DNA of 63,607 nt, filler included, from Phoronis australis (taxonomy: Eukaryota > Animalia > Phoronida): assembly GCA_002633005.1 (NCBI GenBank). It is 7 parts of 7 records of this genome, joined end to end, with 100 filler letters (N's around TTAATTAATTAA, not from the genome) between each part and the next. Parts side by side here need not be neighbours in the genome. Positions count along the whole stretch, not along the records: positions 31,998 to 54,758 come from NMRA01000022.1; positions 54,859 to 62,087 come from NMRA01000173.1; 5 more parts are not named here. One strand, 5' to 3'. The number at the start of each line of letters is the position of its first letter. Position 1 is the first letter of the stretch. The translations under genes and the position numbers were made by a program. Positions 49,771-62,087 of the stretch are shown here, one piece after another. The notes below the pieces were generated by a model. The model was not told the origin of the DNA, did no database searches, and saw nothing but the letters and a program-made list of their open reading frames with translations.

Positions 49771-52700
49771 TGCTCCTGAACTTAGTCAAAGAAAGGAAAC
49801 CTCTATTTTCTAGCATACTTCACACGACGAAGGTAAAACGAGAAACCATCTGATATTAAACACTTATCGTCTACTTATATCAAAATTGTGCCTCAGCGCT
49901 CAAAAATGATAGGCATACAGGGTATGCTAGCAATCGTTACAGAATCAGCAGTGAGGTGTTATGTTTCGGACACTGGCAAATATCGTCTGCCATTTTAGGA
50001 TCTTTTTTCTTTCTGAGTTGATAGTATACATGGGTGTGAGTGTGATCCGTGATCCAGGAGAGTCAGAGATTACTTATAGAAAAACATATTGTTGCTAAGC
50101 AACATAATATGTAAGGACATTTTATAACTTCCATCTAGACTGTAACAGTTCTGTATGATATATAACGTAGTAACCGTTGTCATGAAAATAACCTATCTTG
50201 CTTGCAAAATTTAGGGCGTACTCGCACTTTAGTGCAGTCTTGTGAAAGACAGAAATGCTCTAATTAATACTTTAAGTTGCAATCGGTCTTGTCTATTTGA
50301 TCAATGGTAAGACTTCACCTCAGGGTAATTTCTACTTGCTATCCTGCTATGCTTGTGCGTAGCCAGCCAACTCGACAGGGCATTATCTGGATAAAACATG
50401 CATATTGATTTTGCAGCGAATACTTCACTTAGCTGTAGGTCAAGGAATAGAGAGTTGGTTATGAAACAGACAAGTTCATGTTGGCTGCGTCTCAGACAGA
50501 ACGTTCCAAGTCATTGCTTCATCATTCTGTCAATTAGTGCGAAGCAAATACCACAGTTTAAAGCTTTTGTTGTCTATGACATTAGTGATTTTCTCAATCC
50601 CACATTCTGTCTGCGCTCCGTCCTTTTGAAAGGAATTGACTTGCCAAAATCCCGGAAGTGGTGTCGGTTTCTCAACGTACTGTATAGCAATGAGGCCAAT
50701 CCGAAATCAAGGGCCATTTTGCAGAAATGCAATGCCAAAAAGAGCGGTGTGAAAACTTAATAATCAAAAAATGAAAGCCTATCGAAATATTTAAGAAGAT
50801 TGTTATAACTGTTGCGAATTGAAAATGTGGCGACTTTAATGCAGTGGAAAACCTCTGAAAAAAACAAGTTTTATAACATTAGCACTATTTTTACTGAGGC
50901 TTTCTCTTGTGCAATGTAGTCTTTACCGTTACTTCTGCCCTGTCTTAGGATCAGATAGATATTGCTTGCCGATAACAGCCCAGTGTTGCTATTGCCTTAT
51001 GACAGACATACATCTTATGGAACAGTTTAATACCTTCGGTTAGCTTTGCTCGTTTTGAAAGGGTCATGAATGAGAATAATGGACAAGTTGTCTACATACC
51101 ACGGGATTCTATTGTTTTATGAAGTGACAGACTTGTTGCATCAAAATTGCAGACCAAAGGAACAGGTAATTAAGCACAATTATTGTAATATACTATTACG
51201 CCGGATCGAATCCCCTTGGTGTGTTGGCTTTAAACCTCTGGATTCTAAGTTAACCTCTACCTCCTGTGCGCTATTTGTAGACGGCCGTCCAATCGTTCAT
51301 TTAGTATTTATAATCGAAAATCCGATAACTGGTCATAGATTTCCATTCTATTTCCATTGTGACCCATGGCACAACGTATGCTATATGATGAATGACTCAG
51401 TACTCATTTTAATTGGATCTCGAGAGGTATAATTCTGTGTTGGGACTGATTGTGCTCAAGGTCTGTTACTTAAAGGTAGATGCTGAATGCAATCAACTTT
51501 TGTACAATTTTGTTTTTGTTGTTGTTGTTGTTGTTTATTTGTGAAAGAGAATTTATTTATTTCAACTCAGTTTGTATGTTGTTATATTGCTGTTTTATGT
51601 TGTTAGAATTCTGAGTGAGAGCAACATTGAATATAAAGTCCCATGCAACGCCATCTTTTCAGTAAAACCATGATTGTTTTGGTTCATGTTCTGGGGAGGA
51701 GCCCTTTGTTTTTAATACGGTGAGTTGGCGCCCCGAATTACACACCATAAAAACACGGACGGAATAAAGTCCATCCATTGCTTCAACGGGGAAATTCGCC
51801 GCTGCTGATTTGACATATTTTGGAAATCTGAGATTTCGGCTTGACCTAATTAGCACTGCGCGTGACTTTAAGCTATTTAATAACGTTTTCTATGAATTTG
51901 TTGATATTTAAGAAGCAAGAAACACTGCATTTGTGAATGAGTCATCAAAATACACGTACATACTGCTCAGGTGTCGTTGTTGTATTTTTATCTGGGCTTA
52001 TTACGTATTGCTTTGAAGTCGTCTTCGCAATGAATTGTGGGAACAAACACCACAAGTGCATAGAGTTCAGACGACAGTTCACTGAAATATTTGTCGCCTT
52101 TGAACAATTTATGCAATCGTTCACGTGCAGTACGGTGAGTCAGATTCTAGTGCGGACATCTGATTCGTCGCCCTGAAACGTCTAATTTCTCTAAGTTCTT
52201 ACCATCTGTGCCACGAAATCAGCCGGCAAATTAACATTCTTAGTACGGACATTTCAATTACGTTATTTTGTTGGAAGGTTCTCTTGTGTTTTCTTATGAC
52301 GTCGTCAATAAGGTCAATTGCCATGTAAAGGACAAACATATGTCGTTGCGGTATCGTGAAGCACAAACACTTTTCTTACCTGAATTCTCGGCAGAATTTT
52401 CTTAGTATAATGGTGAACTATTGTGGCGAAACTTAAGAATTTGGGTCACTTGTTTAGATCAGGTCGGCCATCTCGGACGAGAGCGGTACAAGTTACGAGC
52501 TTAAATTATTTTTATCAGTATCTTGCAGAGAATCTTAGTGAGTCATATCTTTACCAACTCTTCTGTGCAATTCAACATTTTTCACCAGAATTTAGCCGAC
52601 ATTGCTTATTGAGTGATGGACTCACAATTCCGGCACCGACAACTACATGGCGACTTTTGTGCTGAACTGAGAATTGTTCAATCAGCAACTTAAAGGTGAA

Positions 52701-54317
52701 CATTTAACTGAGTTACATTTTCGTAAATGTTGTTATAAAAAACAACGATGTTCAATTTTCAGGTTTTTGTACTAAAATATAAGAAATATTGTAAAAGTTT
52801 CACTTTGAATTGCCGGCCCATTCATTTGAAAATCCACTTATTTCAAAACGTCCTCAAACATATCTTTTGCGCCCGCAACTCTTTGGTTCGATTTGTATCA
52901 TGATTGGTGGATTATTTAGAACGGGGTGAGGGCTCTCAATCCCGGACCAAGTTGATGTAGAATTTTCCAGTTTGAGTTAAAATGTTACAAATAAGACTTG
53001 GGAAAAAATTAAAATTCTTCTTCCGGATTCCAGAAATTTGACTTTATTTTCATATAATCCTTCAAAACCCTTAACAAGGTCTACCCTATTGCCACAATGC
53101 GGCAAAAGTGGTCATGCCGTCCATTTTCATGGCGTGAATTTGAACTCAAGGTCAACTGAAACGTCACACTGAATATGAATTCTTGAAGTTAGTGCAAACT
53201 TTCTGAACTAGGAAATGGGAACTATTATGATGTGAACTTTATTTCACAAATTAACTTGTACTGTACATCAAAACTTCCCATATCAGGGCATTACGGCATT
53301 TTTCCATTGGTCCCTACTTTTTCGATTCTATAGCCCAACAACAAATTGGGAAGAACACCCCTATAGCCAATATCTTACGGGACTGATGAACTCCTTTCTG
53401 GCATTTAGGGTTGTACTAGGGTCCGCTCTCTTTTGTTCGATAATTGCTCTAAGCTCCAGTAAAATCATATCTAGCCAGACTGGGCTATGCTGGTAAAAAT
53501 AAAAAGAATAAAAGTTAAGTTATAACATATTTGAACATAAACCAATAGCATTTCTGAAGTCCTCGTCAAATGGTGACCATGTTTAGTTTTTGAATTGCCA
53601 AAATAGCTCAACTACAACCGAAGTTACGACAATATATTCTTTCCGCTCTGGGTTTGACCAATGAGCTATCTCCTGGTATAGCTCATTGGTTTGACTTAGT
53701 TCACACGTGGTCTGTAAAAAGCCTGGTAGATAATTGGCCTGCCTGTTGTCATACCAGACAGAAGACCCTGCTCGGCAGTTAACAAAGAAGCTAGATGTTA
53801 TCACACTCTCACAACCCTCTACATGTACGTCTGGTAAAGTCACTGAACGGCAAACGCCGCCATGGCCCTCACTCATCTAAGAAGAAAGGTGCCTGTGCCT
53901 TCTAAGAGGGGAATATTTCGGGCTTAGGTCGGGAAAATTTTACGACCTTCCGATCGCCATTTTGTCCTCGTACAAGAAGTGTGACTTGCCAGCCAAGTTT
54001 CACGCGACATGAAAATTGACCTACATGTGACATAAAATTTACATGTGCAGAGATGCGATCAAAAGAGAAATGGCTCAGTGCCCGATTTTCAGAAACCGAA
54101 GGACCTATTTAGAAAGAAATGACGACCGCGGGAACATTTGTTTGAGTTGTTGAAAGGATTGAAGACTCAAACTACTAGACCGGCAGCCCAGAGCACTTAG
54201 CATAGATGAACGAGGTACCAACATCTGACCACGGGAGCATTTAAAGTCCACCTCAGTATGTACAGAAATGGACGTCTGCCGTTGTTTGCACTCTGAGTGT
54301 GACCCCTGGGGGCCTTA

Positions 54318-54758
54318 CTAAGAGCCCAAAAAATGAGCTAGACTAGATATTCGAGGTACCAACCAAAACTGATTTAAAACGAACAATAGTACCGCACTGA
54401 ACACCGAATGACCCATGACAGACAAATTGCACTCTGGAATAGGTCCGGCAGAAACCAAAAAAGGACCCCCCAAAAATGAGCTAGCACATACATTCGAGGT
54501 ACCACACAAAACCAATTCTGTATGATTCAATACATGTCACAGATCACTAAATGCCCTATGACAGACAAATTACACTCTGGATTGTGCCCGGCAGAAACCC
54601 CCAAAAATCTCAACCACGGTATGCCATCAAAAATTTGAGCTAGACTAGATTTTCGAGGTACCGGCCAAAACTGATTTAAAACGAACAATAGTACCGCACT
54701 GAACACCAAATGACCCATGACAGACAAATTGCACTCTGGAATGGGTCCGGCAGAAACC
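54318..54758 (+). repeat. satellite-like tandem repeat, ~140-160-bp units in A-B-A arrangement, running into the gap
   Basis: GAGCTAG...TTCGAGGTACC...ATGACAGACAAATT.CACTCTGG...CCGGCAGAAACC recurs three times. Confidence 0.85.
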
Positions 54759-55081
54759 NNNNNNNNNNNNNNNNNNNNNNNNNNNNNNNNNNNNNNNNNN
54801 NNTTAATTAATTAANNNNNNNNNNNNNNNNNNNNNNNNNNNNNNNNNNNNNNNNNNNNCAAAGCTTTATCTTGGTTGTTTGGTAGCTTTATTATCTTGGT
54901 TTCTTTAAGTATGAGATTTAGGATATTTTTGCAAGGAGTTTGTTAGGTAATAAAACGATAAGAAAACGAGAGTAGCCTTATGAGGGTAAAAAAGAATTAT
55001 GCAAATTGAGAGGGGGTTTAAATGATTATTCTGAACTTTCGTTTTTGTTAGATCGTGATTTGATTATTTCTCTATTTGTAG

Positions 55082-55204
55082 ATTACAGAGAAGCGCATCA
55101 CCTTTGCTTACATATCTCACTTCATTCCGGACACAACCAATGTGGCCAACTCCTCTCAGTCGCACACTCTCTTTACTGTCATTATGAAGGATCCTACACC
55201 TAAG
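55082..55204 (+). CDS. HEATR6: HEAT repeat-containing protein 6 exon, 123 nt (ITEKRITFAYISHFIPDTTNVANSSQSHTLFTVIMKDPTPK)
   Basis: TAG/GTAAAC splice sites; matches EK....Y...FIPD......S..L.T...KDP.PK; joins the next exon in phase 0. Confidence 0.85.
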
Positions 55205-55692
55205 GTAAACTAAGTGGCCTAAATTAAAATTTGTTTTTTGACAAAACATTTTAAGTTTAATGCTGCGTGAGAGCTAATTGATGTATTTTTGAAACCCATC
55301 TTGCATGCTGTCATCAGCTGTTAAGACAGTCTTGTCCATAAGTCTGCTTACCCATAATTGGCAAAACATGTGAAACCCCATAATATTTTGGGAGTCCACT
55401 CCAAAATAGTACAGCAAAGGGACATTTTGCGTAAAACGGAAGCATAAGTTGTTATCAACAGCAGACATGGGCACTTGGCAGTGCACTTGATGTCCGATAT
55501 TACGAGTTAACCTTATATTTTTTTGTCTGAAAATCACAGAATTATGTCCAAATTTAATTAACTTAACATCATATCTTAGGAATGCCTGATTGGATTCAAA
55601 TGAAACTTGGTGGATTGAAATTGGACAGATTGTTTTGTAATAGGGAGATGACAGTGTTGTCCCAATTGTGGATAGTTGTGTTCCATCTAATG

Positions 55693-58178
55693 CATGGCTC
55701 GACATAGCCAGCTGCAGGTCGCATTTGCGACTTGAAATTTGGAAATGTGACCTGAGATTTTTGCCAGCTTGTATCAAGTCGCAAAATGTGACCTAGAATT
55801 TCCAACGTACGCGAGGTGAGTTTTTACACTTCTCGGCAGATACCAGGCAAATATAAAGCAACTCGTGTGAATCTGACCGTTATTTGGTTGATGCCAAATC
55901 AAGTTCAAAAGAACTGTAGACAACTGAGAACAGCCCTCCCCCATGACTTGTAAGCATACAGCGTGAACATGGGATAATGCAGAATTGATCTTTGGCGCGT
56001 TTCATTGGCTAACATTTTCGGCTAGGTTTGCAAATTTCCGAATGTGCCAAAGAAAGTTTCAGACCACGGCATAACAAGTGATGAAATGATACAAAACAGC
56101 AGTGTTTCTACTAATTCCTAGACGATCAATTTGCCAAACTTTGTGGTGGAAAAACGTATTTATTTTTCACGTAAGATGTCCTTTTTATCTAATATCGATG
56201 ACAAAATGCCTGATATTGCACTGCAGCATTAGTTGGTCCCGTTGTTAGCATGCAAACAGTCCCTGCAGACGAACGTGACTTGGAAATGTAAGTCTCTTTT
56301 TTAGCAAAAGACAGCAAACGTGAAAATGACAATCCTCTTGATCGCCAAACGGCGACCACGTCTTTACTTTCAGCAAAGTAGTTTTTGAGTCGCCAAGAAA
56401 TTCTCAAACCCTTTACTTGTTTCTGGGGCTACGTGCATGACATACGAGTTGTCTGTCCCATGTAAAGTGTAGCCCAGAACTGATGTTTTCCTGTTCCGAT
56501 GTTCCCCAGGTCGATGTTCCCCAGGTCGATGTTCCCTAGGCCCCATCATCTGTGCCCGTAGCCAGCAATTGCAACAAAACGGGTAAACACGAAACTGTAG
56601 TTCGCGAACTTTTTATTCTTCTCTTCATACACCCCCGCCAATTTTTCGCTCTCCAGGCAATGAAGGTAACATTAATGTTCAGACTCCAGTAGTAAGAATC
56701 TGAAGTGGCTAATTAAAAACAAAATTATTCCGGGTTTCTAAAAAGAGTACAGTGCATCCGTGCACCCGAGGGGAGGCTCATTCGAGCCCCCCATTTGACG
56801 AAGTGGGCAAAAAGGTCCGCCTCAGAGAAACAAGTCCACAAGAATTTGGCGCGAATGCACAATTTGTAGGTCTGAACGTAGTACCCATTTTTTTTTTCAG
56901 TCCCCGTTTTTTTTCAGTGAAAGGTCCACACTGAAAAATTCGAGTCACCCTATATTTTAGGCTGGGTGCGTGCATGCAGCGTAAGTGGTAATGATAAACA
57001 GAAAGTCGCTCCTACTAGATGGAATGCACCTCAGTCATAAAATCGTGTTATAATAACATTTCCTACTATTGCAGTCTTTCAATATCTTGTTACCGCAAAC
57101 ATTCAGGTTAATGAATGTGCCCTCGAATGTGTCTACTTTCTACCTTGGAAGTGTTTCATATTAAGCACTCACTGCTCTACTTAGCGTTCCCCCTCATTTT
57201 TTGAGAATTTCCAATTAAGTGCCAACAGTTCAGGCTAGCGCCCATCATAGCACACTACAGACTACCGCACTGACGTGGTTTGAAACTGACACACAACCTA
57301 TATAGTGAGTCATTCATGTTACACAACAAATTTAGTTTTCAAAGAAAACGTCTTTTTTCATGTAAAAACCAAACCCCGGCTTTGTTTTTAAACCTTCGAA
57401 AGAAAGCTAAGACTAGTGACATGTGTCATTTTGTGACTGACCTATTTTTCCCGTTCATGGAAGGTATTTAGGAGCAAACTTGAATTACTCGTTGGATACC
57501 GCACGGATTCGGGAATTATTTCAAGGCTATTCATTTCATGGAAAACTAATTGTTGAGTACTTAAACAGCATAAGTACATCATTTCTGTTGTGAAATTTGC
57601 ACTGATTTGTACTCACACATCGGCATATGTCATTCGGGTAAGGCAATGTTTCACAGATTTTTTCGACGTGTTTTTCAAACATCAAGTTAAGTTGCAAAGT
57701 TTGTGCTGTGAATAAAAAATGGAGGGGAGTTTGCACGCAGAGTTAGTTTGATTCTTTAACGACATCGATGGCAGTCATATAGCAGGTCAGACCTAGCAAA
57801 ATCACGGATACTTTTTCAACGAATATTATCTCCCTTTTCACATTGCAAACTTAGCTACTCGAATGCAGGTGTCGGTTAGAAAGCACTGATTCAACTTTCA
57901 CCTTGGCAGTAACCTTTGAATGTGGGTTGTGAAGAACAGTAACGCGGTACCTGCATGTAAGAACTCAATTTTGTGACCTGAAATTTGTGAGTATTTAACG
58001 TCGCAGGGAAAAACATAATCTAAGTACTTTCTGGAAAAAAGCTATGTTGGCACGTAAAAATGGCTCAAAATTTTGCGACCTGGCATTTTTCAATGTGAGC
58101 TGAATTTTGAAAATGCAACCTGGGATTTTGGCTAGGTCGCAAAATGTGACCAGGCGATTTTCATAGCGTCCAGCCCTG
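55693..58178 (+). mobile_element. ~2.5-kb hAT-like non-autonomous element in HEATR6 intron
   Basis: Termini CATGGCTCGAC...GTCCAGCCCTG (imperfect TIR); TGCGACC subterminal repeats; homologous to 34962-37470. No clear 8-bp TSD. Confidence 0.75.
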
Positions 58179-60410
58179 TAATTGCCACTTTTATGATTTT
58201 AAAAACACCTGTCGTGAAACATGTACGCCATTTGCATTGCAGTCGTGGGTGCCTTTCAATGCTCTGTTTTGTAATTTTACTTTGAATTCATTTTAGCTTA
58301 ATTTAAAATAAGACATGGTCACGTACTGACTAAATCAATGTCAGATCCATGTAAATTCCAAAATGCAAATCTAGAGGCTTTCTACTTTCAGTAAATACAG
58401 TGGCGGATCTACGTTTTCAGTAAGGGGGGTTAAGGGTTCACGCAAAGCGTGAATCTGATGCGCGCAGCACCGAGTGGGGGGAGGTTGTGAGGGTGGGTTT
58501 CCCACTTCCCGTGTAAAACAATTTTTTGTTCTGGTAGCCAAATAGTGCAATTTCTATGCATCCTGGCGAGTTTCTGGCAGTTTACGTGTCTCTGGAGTTT
58601 TTCTTCAGATGATTTAAAAACGCTTCTCGATTTCATCACATGAACTAGGCTCATAAGTTTCGTGAAACCATATTTGTGCATTTCTAGGTATGAGTCACAC
58701 TACCAGCAAAATTTTAGTTGGAACATCTGTCTACACTCACCGATTTTCAGCATACGAAGTCATATACGAAAAAGTGTAGTGCGTATACAGGGGTTCAGGC
58801 AACTACCAAATATGTTCAAGAGCATAAGGAGCACCGACAGCCACATAAAACCCAAAACTTGAATATCAGTTGAGCGCGTGACAGCAGCCACAAGTTGTTT
58901 AAGAACGAACACAGGCACTGTTATGTCCGCAAATATACATATGTCCTGTCTCGGTGCGAGAATAACTGACGAACTATGGTGATCTCAGCTATCAGTCTAT
59001 AATAAACACTTAAGTATCACTTTATTAAGCTGAATCCTGTTGACTGTTGGGTTATTGTATGTCACAACAATTGAAAAATATCAACTGTATCAGGAAACAC
59101 ATCACCTGAAAACAGTTTCACGAAACCAAAACATACTGCACACTGTGGTAAAAAGATTTACAGGACCAGTTCGCAGATGGACTAAATGTACATTGAGAGT
59201 ACACAAATTGTCCAAAAGTACACCTGTGCTTATTATCCCCATAAAAATAGAAGATATGTCGCGGGTCCGTACTGACTGAGGTAAATAGTTTTACAAAGCA
59301 CTCTGTGGTAAAAAGATATCACAAGACTAGTTTGCCGAAGAATCAAAAGTCAACAGAGTCAATATCTACACAAATAAACTGGCCTGGTCCGTCGCGAGAC
59401 CTAAAGTACACTATGCAAGAAAGTCTGAATTGAAAACTTCTTTTTAGACACATTTTTATCCCCAATGGTTGCTCATACATGTATTTTACACATCTTGCTG
59501 TTGCAGTCACGCTTTCTGTCAAACAAGGTAGACTTGCAGAACACACACCTTGGCCTCTGAAATATATGTTTTTACTGAGGTAAATTTAACTAATAAAGTG
59601 CTGAATGTACAGATGTGTCAGTAAGGTCCTTCATAACCTTAAAGCGATACCGGTACCTATTTAATGGCAGTACATGGTCTAAATCATGTAGACAGAATTA
59701 GGCTTATTGCTGCTGTAAGTTAAAAAACCTAAACACTTAGATTGTGTCCCCTCTTTTTTCGTATTCTTACATGATGGCATTATTTGACCAAATAATTATG
59801 CCTTAACAACATTGTAATGCCTGACTTTGGAAATAGCTGCGTCATATTGAAATTCACTTTCCCGCCACACAGCGATCAGGTCTTTGGTGGACAGGCATTT
59901 AGCACCACCTACTGATCTCCTGTGATGCGAGTGGGAGTTTTCAGCATACTCATATAAACACCTTTCCTGCTATTATAATGTTGGCAAGTTTCCACTGCTT
60001 TGTGGTGCAACGATTTAAGGCCTTACAAAAAGGCAAACCTTTTGAAACATCAATGGATGAGCAAGGTCATCATTTTTCATACATTATCCACTGCAATGAA
60101 GTATCTGCAATAAAACGGTTGGCTGCAGCTGATAAAGTGGATGAATTTCGATCCCAGCCAGCATCAAAAAGCTGAAATGAATTGGTGAACTTAAACTAAT
60201 CAAACAATGGGAGGGGCTGACAGTGGAATTTATTCTTCTGCTTTCAAATTAATGAACCACTGAGTAGTGATTGAATTTCTGTCCAACAAATCACAACAGG
60301 GATCAGTCGGAAGTCATTTTCGTGTTCTCATTACTCTAGAGAGCACAAATACGAAAAATCCCCTATTGTTATGAACCCCACTTGCCTTAATGATTTCGAT
60401 TTGGTCCCAG

Positions 60411-60617
60411 GTAAGAACAGGCGCACTGGCAGCTCTCTCGGCCCTCATTGATGGTACTCGACAGTATCTGGTGGCAGCTGATGACACAGAACATCACAAG
60501 GCAGCATTCACATCTTTCTCAACAACTCTGGCAACAATGATCAAGGAGTTACACAGATGTCTCTTGCTGGCACTTGTGGCTGAGAACTCCCCACTAACTC
60601 TGACTCAATTGATCAAG
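60411..60617 (+). CDS. HEATR6: HEATR6 exon, 207 nt ([20 protein letters not shown]...[24 protein letters not shown])
   Basis: CAG/GT splice sites; AFT.FS......[14 protein letters not shown] motif. Confidence 0.92.
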
Positions 60618-60952
60618 GTATCTAGTGAACACCTATCATTTCTTCTGATCAAAATTAAAACCTTCATGTTCAGTGAGGTAATCCTGATACTTTTATGAGA
60701 CAGATTTACACGTGAGACAACTGGACAACTACAGTTGTTGTGAAGCAATTTCTTCAACCAGATGATACGTTACACACTTAGGTGTTATTTGAAGTCGGAA
60801 TCGGATGACATTAGTCATGTAGGTATTTATGTGGTCTGTCTAGTGAATAACTGATGCATTACAGACAGTGTCAGTTTGCAATTAAGTAACACAGAATGTA
60901 CATTTTGTGTCTCTTATTTCTCGTATTATTATAATAGTAAACTCTATTTCAG

Positions 60953-61052
60953 TGCATTGGAACAGTGATACCAAATGTGCCATACCATAAATTGAAGCCA
61001 GGCTTACTGAGTCGCATTGTGAAGCAGATAAAACCATTTATGAACCACCGAG
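60953..61052 (+). CDS. HEATR6: HEATR6 exon, 100 nt (CIGTVIPNVPYHKLKPGLLSRIVKQIKPFMNHR)
   Basis: CAG/GTAATA splice sites; N.PY..LK..LL.....QIKP...H motif. Confidence 0.9.
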
Positions 61053-61194
61053 GTAATACTTAGCAGCCAATAGCAAGTTGATGTTTTCACTAACTAATTA
61101 CTTCTTTTATTTTGTCGCTGATAACTTCAAATCTTCAGTAAAAGCGTTGAAAAGTAATGCAATTTGAAAAGTAACCCCATCTTCATATTAGATT

Positions 61195-61785
61195 TATAAT
61201 CAATCAACTAATTATTGTTAGGATTGTCATATTGATACTTTCAAGTGCTATTGAGAATGGAATGCATTTCTAACTTCATTGCGCACAATGAAAATATAAA
61301 AATTTGAGTGCTCTACAATACTATTCTGTTTGTAGAAACGTTACGCAAATGTCACATTGATTAATTAATTGTTGTTAGGGTGGACACAGAAATACTTTCA
61401 AGTATTATTGAGAATGGAAGGTATTTTATGTTTATTGCACCAGGAGAAAATTTAAAAAATTGAGGACTCTACCAAAAGTGATAAAATGGCATAGACAGGA
61501 TTTCAAGTTTTTCTGAGTCTGCTTGAGGAACCATTCCGCATTGCAAACCATTGAGCAAGTCTTCCATTGATTGATTATTGTTCATGTTGACATATTGATA
61601 TTTTCACGTGCAACTGAGAATAGAATGCATTTCACCTTATTGCACCTGAAGAAATTTAAAAAATTGAGGGATCCACAAAGCCATTCTGTTTACGGAACCG
61701 TTCTGCTTGCAAAACCATTCCTTCACTGTCACATTGATCCACTAATTATAGGATTGTCACATTGATACATTCAATTGGAATGCAT
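61195..61785 (+). repeat. degenerate tandem repeat (~170-190-bp units)
   Basis: Recurrent GTCACATTGAT / TGAGAATGGAATGCATTT / AAATTTAAAAAATTGAG blocks. Confidence 0.6.
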
Positions 61786-62087
61786 TTTTATGCGCCCACA
61801 TATTTATATGTGGACGCATTATGCCGTCATCTCCGTCCGTCCGTCCGTCCGGGCGGCGTCCGGCGTCTGGCGTCCGGCGTCCGCTGCTCTATCTCCAAAA
61901 CCCTTTGACATACGTTCATGAAATTTGGCACATATGTTCCATTCATGAATGGGACGGCATGTGCGAACTTTCGGACGGATCCGACTACCGGTGTGCCCCC
62001 TAGTGGCAATTTTAGTTTTTTACGCTTACCTTTGTATCTTCAAAAGTCCTGAACGGATTTTCATGAAATTTGGTATGTAGGCACCTA
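61785..62087 (+). mobile_element. Helentron-associated (HINE/DINE-1-like) non-autonomous element, 5' part
   Basis: T-run, short hairpin (ATGCG.CCACATA..TATGTGG.CGCAT), (CCGT)n microsatellite, then TTCATGAAATTTGG core repeats; looser relatives at ~5425-5640 and ~39310-39830. Confidence 0.6.

Noticed and set aside
55274-55777. 167-aa minus-strand ORF
   Set aside because: Crosses a transposon boundary within a HEATR6 intron, starts at a non-ATG codon and has no recognisable domain
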